A program made the translations under genes and the position numbers. Shown here piece by piece: positions 60,091 through 64,000 of a DNA stretch of 64,000 bases. The notes beneath the pieces are model-generated. The model was given only the letters and a program-made list of their open reading frames with translations. It was not told the origin of the DNA and ran no database searches. Source of the stretch: Cyanophyceae cyanobacterium. GTDB taxonomy: Bacteria; Cyanobacteriota; Cyanobacteriia; Cyanobacteriales; Laspinemataceae. The stretch lies in NCBI GenBank assembly GCA_038321985.1, contig JBBQFN010000003.1, positions 64,001-128,000 of the forward strand, written 5' to 3'. How positions within the stretch are numbered: position 1 is the first letter of the stretch; each line of letters opens with the position of its first letter.

Positions 60091-60540
60091 ATGGCTAAAT
60101 CTTTTATGGTCAACTTTCGTCTAGTCTCAATCCTGCCTGCCACCCTCATGGCGATCGCCATGAGTGCCGTTAGCGTTGGCGCTCAAAATATGTACAACCC
60201 GATTCAGTTGCCCTCCAATAATGAAATCACCGATACCCTATCAGAACAAGATATTCCTACCGGACAGGGTGGATTTGCTCGGGATTATATTGCCACCTTA
60301 CAACCGGGGGATCAAGTGGCAATCGACCTGCTTTCCGATAGCTTTGACACCATCATCACCCTGATTGGACCCAATGGCATGACAATGGCGGAGAATGACG
60401 ACGGTCCGGATGGGACCACCAACTCCCTACTCTTTGCCCGCATCAGTGAAGGGGGAACCTATATCGTCCGGGTGCGAGCCTTTGGAGAAGGGGGACTTGG
60501 CTCCTTTAACCTTAAAGTAACTCGTCTTCGCCCTATTTAA
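60091..60540 (+). CDS. Secreted PPC (pre-peptidase C-terminal) domain protein
   Basis: Signal peptide; GDQVAIDLLSDSFDTIITL..ENDDG..GTYIVRV. Confidence 0.85.
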   Translation: MAKSFMVNFRLVSILPATLMAIAMSAVSVGAQNMYNPIQLPSNNEITDTLSEQDIPTGQGGFARDYIATLQPGDQVAIDLLSDSFDTIITLIGPNGMTMAENDDGPDGTTNSLLFARISEGGTYIVRVRAFGEGGLGSFNLKVTRLRPI

Positions 60541-60548
60541 TTTTATCA

Positions 60549-60587
60549 GAGGCGTAATGACAATCGTAACGACATTCATTACGCCTC
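60549..60587 (+). terminator. Hairpin downstream of PPC gene
   Basis: GAGGCGTAATGA...TCATTACGCCTC flanked by T/A runs. Confidence 0.6.
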
Positions 60588-60608
60588 AAAAAAAAATTAA
60601 AAAAACGC

Positions 60609-60637
60609 TTGCCAACTTCTGGAATGTTTGCTATGTT
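60609..60637 (+). promoter_or_regulatory. tRNA promoter
   Basis: TTGCCA-N17-TATGTT with TG extended -10, 20 nt before the tRNA. Confidence 0.6.
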
Positions 60638-60657
60638 AGTTAAACATGAAAAAACAA

Positions 60658-60730
<73 letters not shown>

Positions 60731-60763
60731 TCCAGTCTACATAAGGCTTTCAGCCGTTTAAAC

Positions 60764-60792
60764 CCCTCCGAGTGTTAGTATCACTCGGAGGG
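60764..60792. terminator. Hairpin between tRNA-Phe and integrase
   Basis: CCCTCCGAGTG-TTAGTAT-CACTCGGAGGG. Confidence 0.7.
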
Positions 60793-60839
60793 TCTTAAAT
60801 TTGGCCGCAATCCTTGCAGGGCAAGGTATTGGGGCTTGA

Positions 60840-60879
60840 CTACAAAGTAACGACAACATATCTACAAAATGGCTACACA
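60840..60879 (+). repeat. Four direct repeats at 11-bp spacing (candidate integrase arm sites)
   Basis: CTACAAA 60840, CGACAAC 60851, CTACAAA 60862, CTACACA 60873. Confidence 0.55.
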
Positions 60880-60880
60880 C

Positions 60881-61968
60881 TCAGAGTTCCGGGATATCTC
60901 CCGGAATAAATCCTGCATAATATTTCATTAAGGTACTGACGCTAATTCCTAGCCACTGAGCGACTTTTGCCGGGCTTTCTCCCTTAGATAAACAAAGGGT
61001 TGCAAAGGTGTGACGAGTGCTGTATTGAGGCCGATAAGGTATTCTCAAATTTTGTAGGACAGGTCCCCAATGACGGCGAAGGAAGTTGTTTGGCAGGATT
61101 AATCCGCCTGATTTACTGTGAAAAATCTCTAAACTATCTACTTCTAGTAGATGTAGGGAGTCAATCAACTCCCTAAGTTGAGTATTTATAGGAAGACGTC
61201 GAACCTCGCCCGTTTTTGTGGTGCTTAATCGAATGCCCTCGACTACTGGCGAACAAAATTTTATAAAATCCCGTTCTATATCACACCACCGCAAGCCAAC
61301 CGCTTCAGAAGTTCGGCATCCTGTAAAGAAAAGGAACTCAACAAATCCCCTGTAATGTTGATGATATGGATCTCTTTCAAATTCTGCAATAATTAAATCC
61401 CTCTCTCTTTCTGAAAAGGGGTCTACTTTGGGACGCTTTTTCTGAGCCTTGATACGGTTCCCTTTAAAGGGGTTTTCTTCCAGATCGCCGCGCTCTACCG
61501 CCCAGTTACAGGCCGCATTAATTTGTTGCAAGGCTCTTCTGGCTACATCACGGCTAAATTTTTTTAGCAGGTGTTGAGTGATGCGTTTTGCGGAAGACTC
61601 AGATAATTCAGTGCAGGGAAATTCAGTGATTTTCTTGGTTACTGAATCCAGATTTTTCATACTTGAGGGATTAAGCTCCTGACTTTTGAACTCTCTATAT
61701 CGACAAAAAAGTTCCCCCAACCCCTCTGGGGTAGAGGGATTATTATCTTCCGGTTCAGGGGTTGGGGGGATTAAAAATTTAGGGCTTCAATCCGAGATTG
61801 AAAAATTTCACGATTTTTCCTCTCCGCTAAACTTTCTGCAATGGCTCGGTTTTCCTCTGTGTCAGCCAGGTTTAAGTAGATATATCGTTTTTCAAAATTC
61901 CGAGGGAGCCTTAGACGCAACCATCCCCCGTTGCTCTCAACCCCTACAGTGCCTTTCCGGTTTCTCAT
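60881..61968 (-). CDS. Tyrosine integrase split by a -1 frameshift (arm-binding ORF 61771-61968 + core/catalytic ORF); programmed frameshift or pseudogene
   Basis: N-part GTVGVESNGGWLRLRLP..YLNLADT; C-part FFTGCRTSEAVGLRW, TTKT, YSTRHTF, AQWLG..KYY; a -1 shift at 61774-61780 gives one ~362-aa ORF. Confidence 0.85.
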
Positions 61969-62132
61969 GGCAACGTCGCGGGAATCTCCCCCACTAGCAT
62001 TGGATATTTTTGGGATTTAAGCCATTCAAGATTGGCGATCGCCTCTGGGGATTTAGTCTTTTTGGCGATCGCTGCCGTCTCCAGTAGTGCAAATTTTCCC
62101 AGCCGAATTTCTAGTAAACAGGACTGACGCAT
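61965..62132 (-). CDS. 55-aa ORF translationally coupled to the integrase
   Basis: MRQSCLLEIRLGKFALLETAAIAKKTKSPEAIANLEWLKSQKYPMLVGEIPATLP; TGA overlaps integrase ATG (ATGA). Confidence 0.45.
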   Translation of the reverse strand: MRQSCLLEIRLGKFALLETAAIAKKTKSPEAIANLEWLKSQKYPMLVGEIPATLP

Positions 62133-62327
62133 AAACCCCATATATAGTGTGGAGGTGGTTCATGAGGTTCAAACCTCTAAACGGTGATTTTACTGCCCGC
62201 TAGAATCTAATATAATTTGGACCCTAACTGACTAAAAATACTCTATCGAGTTCTGACACTAACCTAAACTCGAGTCATAGCAACCGAAGGATTGTTAAGT
62301 TCTCCTATTAAATAATTCCTGAGATAA

Positions 62328-62598
62328 GTTGACATTATATTCGCGACGAGAAATTTGGATTTTTTTAAAATAGTTCTTGTCTAAAACGCTATCATCCAAA
62401 ATGACCGCAGCTTTTCAGATGTTTTGATTAAGGTTTTCACGTTTTCCCCAAGAATGCGAGGATTTAATTTTTCTCTCCTTAAGTAGCTATTTATAGTGTC
62501 ATGGCTGCATTTTTTTAATGGTCAGCTAGATTGGTCAGGGTATAATTAACATGACTGTTCAATAAATATTGGCAATAGTCTAGTTTTGTAAATCCCAT
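62328..62598 (-). pseudogene. IS701-family-like transposase N-terminal remnant (two frameshifts, truncated)
   Basis: MGFTKLDYCQYLLNSHVNYTLTNLADH / SHDTINSYLRREKLNPRILGENVK / VILDDSVLDKNYFKKIQISRREY in successive frames. Confidence 0.75.
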
Positions 62599-62840
62599 AC
62601 AATTCCCCCTGCTTTCTGATGCCTCCCCTATAAAAGAACTACTCTGAAAAATCTATTGATTCTTTGGCTGATAACATTAAAATTTATAATATCAATAGGT
62701 CAGAAAGTTCATCAGGGCTTATAGCTTTCTCTAATGGATATTTCTAACCCAGGTACGCTATATCTAGTGTTCGTGCGTAAATCCTGTCTAGGTTAGTTCC
62801 TTGAGGATGTCGAATAGGCTAAGGTGTGGGGCTTCCATGT

Positions 62841-63197
62841 TTAAGTGGATTGCTGTTGGTGCAAATGGTGCCAGAACTGACCTAACAGGAAAATGGACAT
62901 CCCATCGGGGTCACGGACTCCCAAGGATTTCAGGTATTGAGTCAGTGGATTCACCTGCCACAATTCCCAGTTATTCCGAATCCACATCGCCAGTCCTAAA
63001 CGTTGCGAGGCCAGAAACTCCGATTCGTTCATGGCCCGAGCTTCTTCGATAAAGTCTGGGTGCAGCATCTTTTGCAGTTCGGCTACAGCTTCCTCAATGC
63101 TGGCCGGAATGAATAGGCCCGTCGGGGGCGAATAGGTGGGGTTAATCTGTTCTTTGGGGTCTAGGGGTTCCGGGGTTATTTCAATTGGTATGTTCAT
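62841..63197 (-). CDS. Small protein, DUF6794-like
   Basis: IPASIEEAVAEL..LGLAMWIRNNWELW..GVRDPDGMS; ATG 63197. Confidence 0.65.
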   Translation of the reverse strand: MNIPIEITPEPLDPKEQINPTYSPPTGLFIPASIEEAVAELQKMLHPDFIEEARAMNESEFLASQRLGLAMWIRNNWELWQVNPLTQYLKSLGVRDPDGMSIFLLGQFWHHLHQQQST

Positions 63198-63210
63198 GCT
63201 CAGGGGTGCC

Positions 63211-63426
63211 TCACTCTGTTCCTTCCAGTTTCCCCCCAATCACCTGGAACTCGTGCCAATCTTCTTCTGTTTTCAAGGGTTGCTGTGCCACTCCCACCAA
63301 GGGGGCCAACAGCACTGCATTCTTGGACGATTCTCCCGCCGCTCTCATCAGCCGTTCTAGGTTGGGGTCCTAGTCCGCAGCGACGACAGTTGCGTAGCTG
63401 GTGTCGAGGGGTTCCGGTTCAGTCAT
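63211..63426 (-). pseudogene. 72-codon ORF interrupted by in-frame TAG at codon 19
   Basis: MTEPEPLDTSYATVVAAD*DPNLERLMRAAGESSKNAVLLAPLVGVAQQPLKTEEDWHEFQVIGGKLEGTE. Confidence 0.4.
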
Positions 63427-64000
63427 GATGGATGCGATCGCTTTCCTGGAGAGCTAACACTTATCCTAAATGATGGGTGCACTTGCTCACCTAAACCAAC
63501 AATCCCCCCAGACTTAGTCTAGCGGGATTGCCTGTTATCTTGATTTTTAAAAAGACCTATTCGGTCTGTGTTAACCTTGGGTTTGTCTTTCTTATGCTTC
63601 TAATGTATCCGAGTCCTCCGGTCTGATAATCTGCCTACAGACGTAACTTCGCGGCATCATCTCTAATCCCAGCAGCAGATTGACGTCGGCTGTTAGCCCT
63701 GACAGTTTGAGGGAGGCGATCGCATTGCTCTCAACCCGCATGATCTGAGCTGCCCGACTGCCACTCAAATTTGCCGTCCCCTTCCTTGGATGGTGACATA
63801 ACCATCACAGAATCGAACATAAACCGTTTTTTTGTTCAGGGCTTGTTCTACCTGCCCAATTTCGCCGGTTTAGGGCCAGCCTTCTATGCCGATAGACAGT
63901 GGCGATTGAGTAGCCGCACCCAGGGAGTGGGTCCAGTTTGGCTTAATCTGGGGGTAATGTAGGCAAAGGGAGCCACCTGAAATGCCGCACAGCGCAGCTA

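Larger units (their letters stand above)
60731..64000. mobile_element. Left part of a tRNA-Phe-targeted integrative element/genomic island (distal end outside window)
   Basis: Tyrosine integrase convergent on the tRNA 3' end, arm-like repeats, IS remnant, small/decayed ORFs; no second tRNA 3' copy seen in window. Confidence 0.7.

Noticed and set aside
63590..64000. Coding-like fragments at the window end
   Set aside because: Minus-strand frames examined are broken by stops and no family is recognisable; the 63-aa plus ORF is unsupported

Overview
Chromosomal window from a filamentous cyanobacterium (Oscillatoriales-like: dense HIP1 GCGATCGC octamers, fraCDE septal-junction operon, rpaA, ntcB). 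About 60.7 kb is core/accessory chromosome. It holds a nitrogen-regulation cluster (HEAT-repeat nirB-like gene, porin, ntcB, cnaT-like, mobA) with NtcA boxes, a sensor-less STAND ATPase plus Ser/Thr kinase pair, fraC-fraD-fraE-larE, cobO, ClC, pmbA, rtcA, three secreted Cys-capped SH3-like repeat proteins, two MscS channels, an SLH-M23 peptidase, rsgA, recA/xseA and mraY. At the right end, tRNA-Phe(GAA) is the apparent insertion site of an integrative element. Its tyrosine integrase is split into two frames exactly at a -1 slippery heptamer (A AAT TTT) followed 5 nt later by a perfect 12-bp stem, a candidate programmed ribosomal frameshift. The integrase is preceded by a translationally coupled 55-aa ORF, has four 11-bp-phased repeats at its 3' end, and sits next to an IS701-like remnant and decaying cargo. 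Other candidates are a leader peptide/hairpin upstream of rsgA, a structured attenuator-like leader upstream of the SLH-M23 gene, and a homopolymer frameshift removing the signal peptide of a TPR-DUF481 beta-barrel protein. No rRNA or CRISPR array seen. All family calls are from motif recognition by eye, not database searches.
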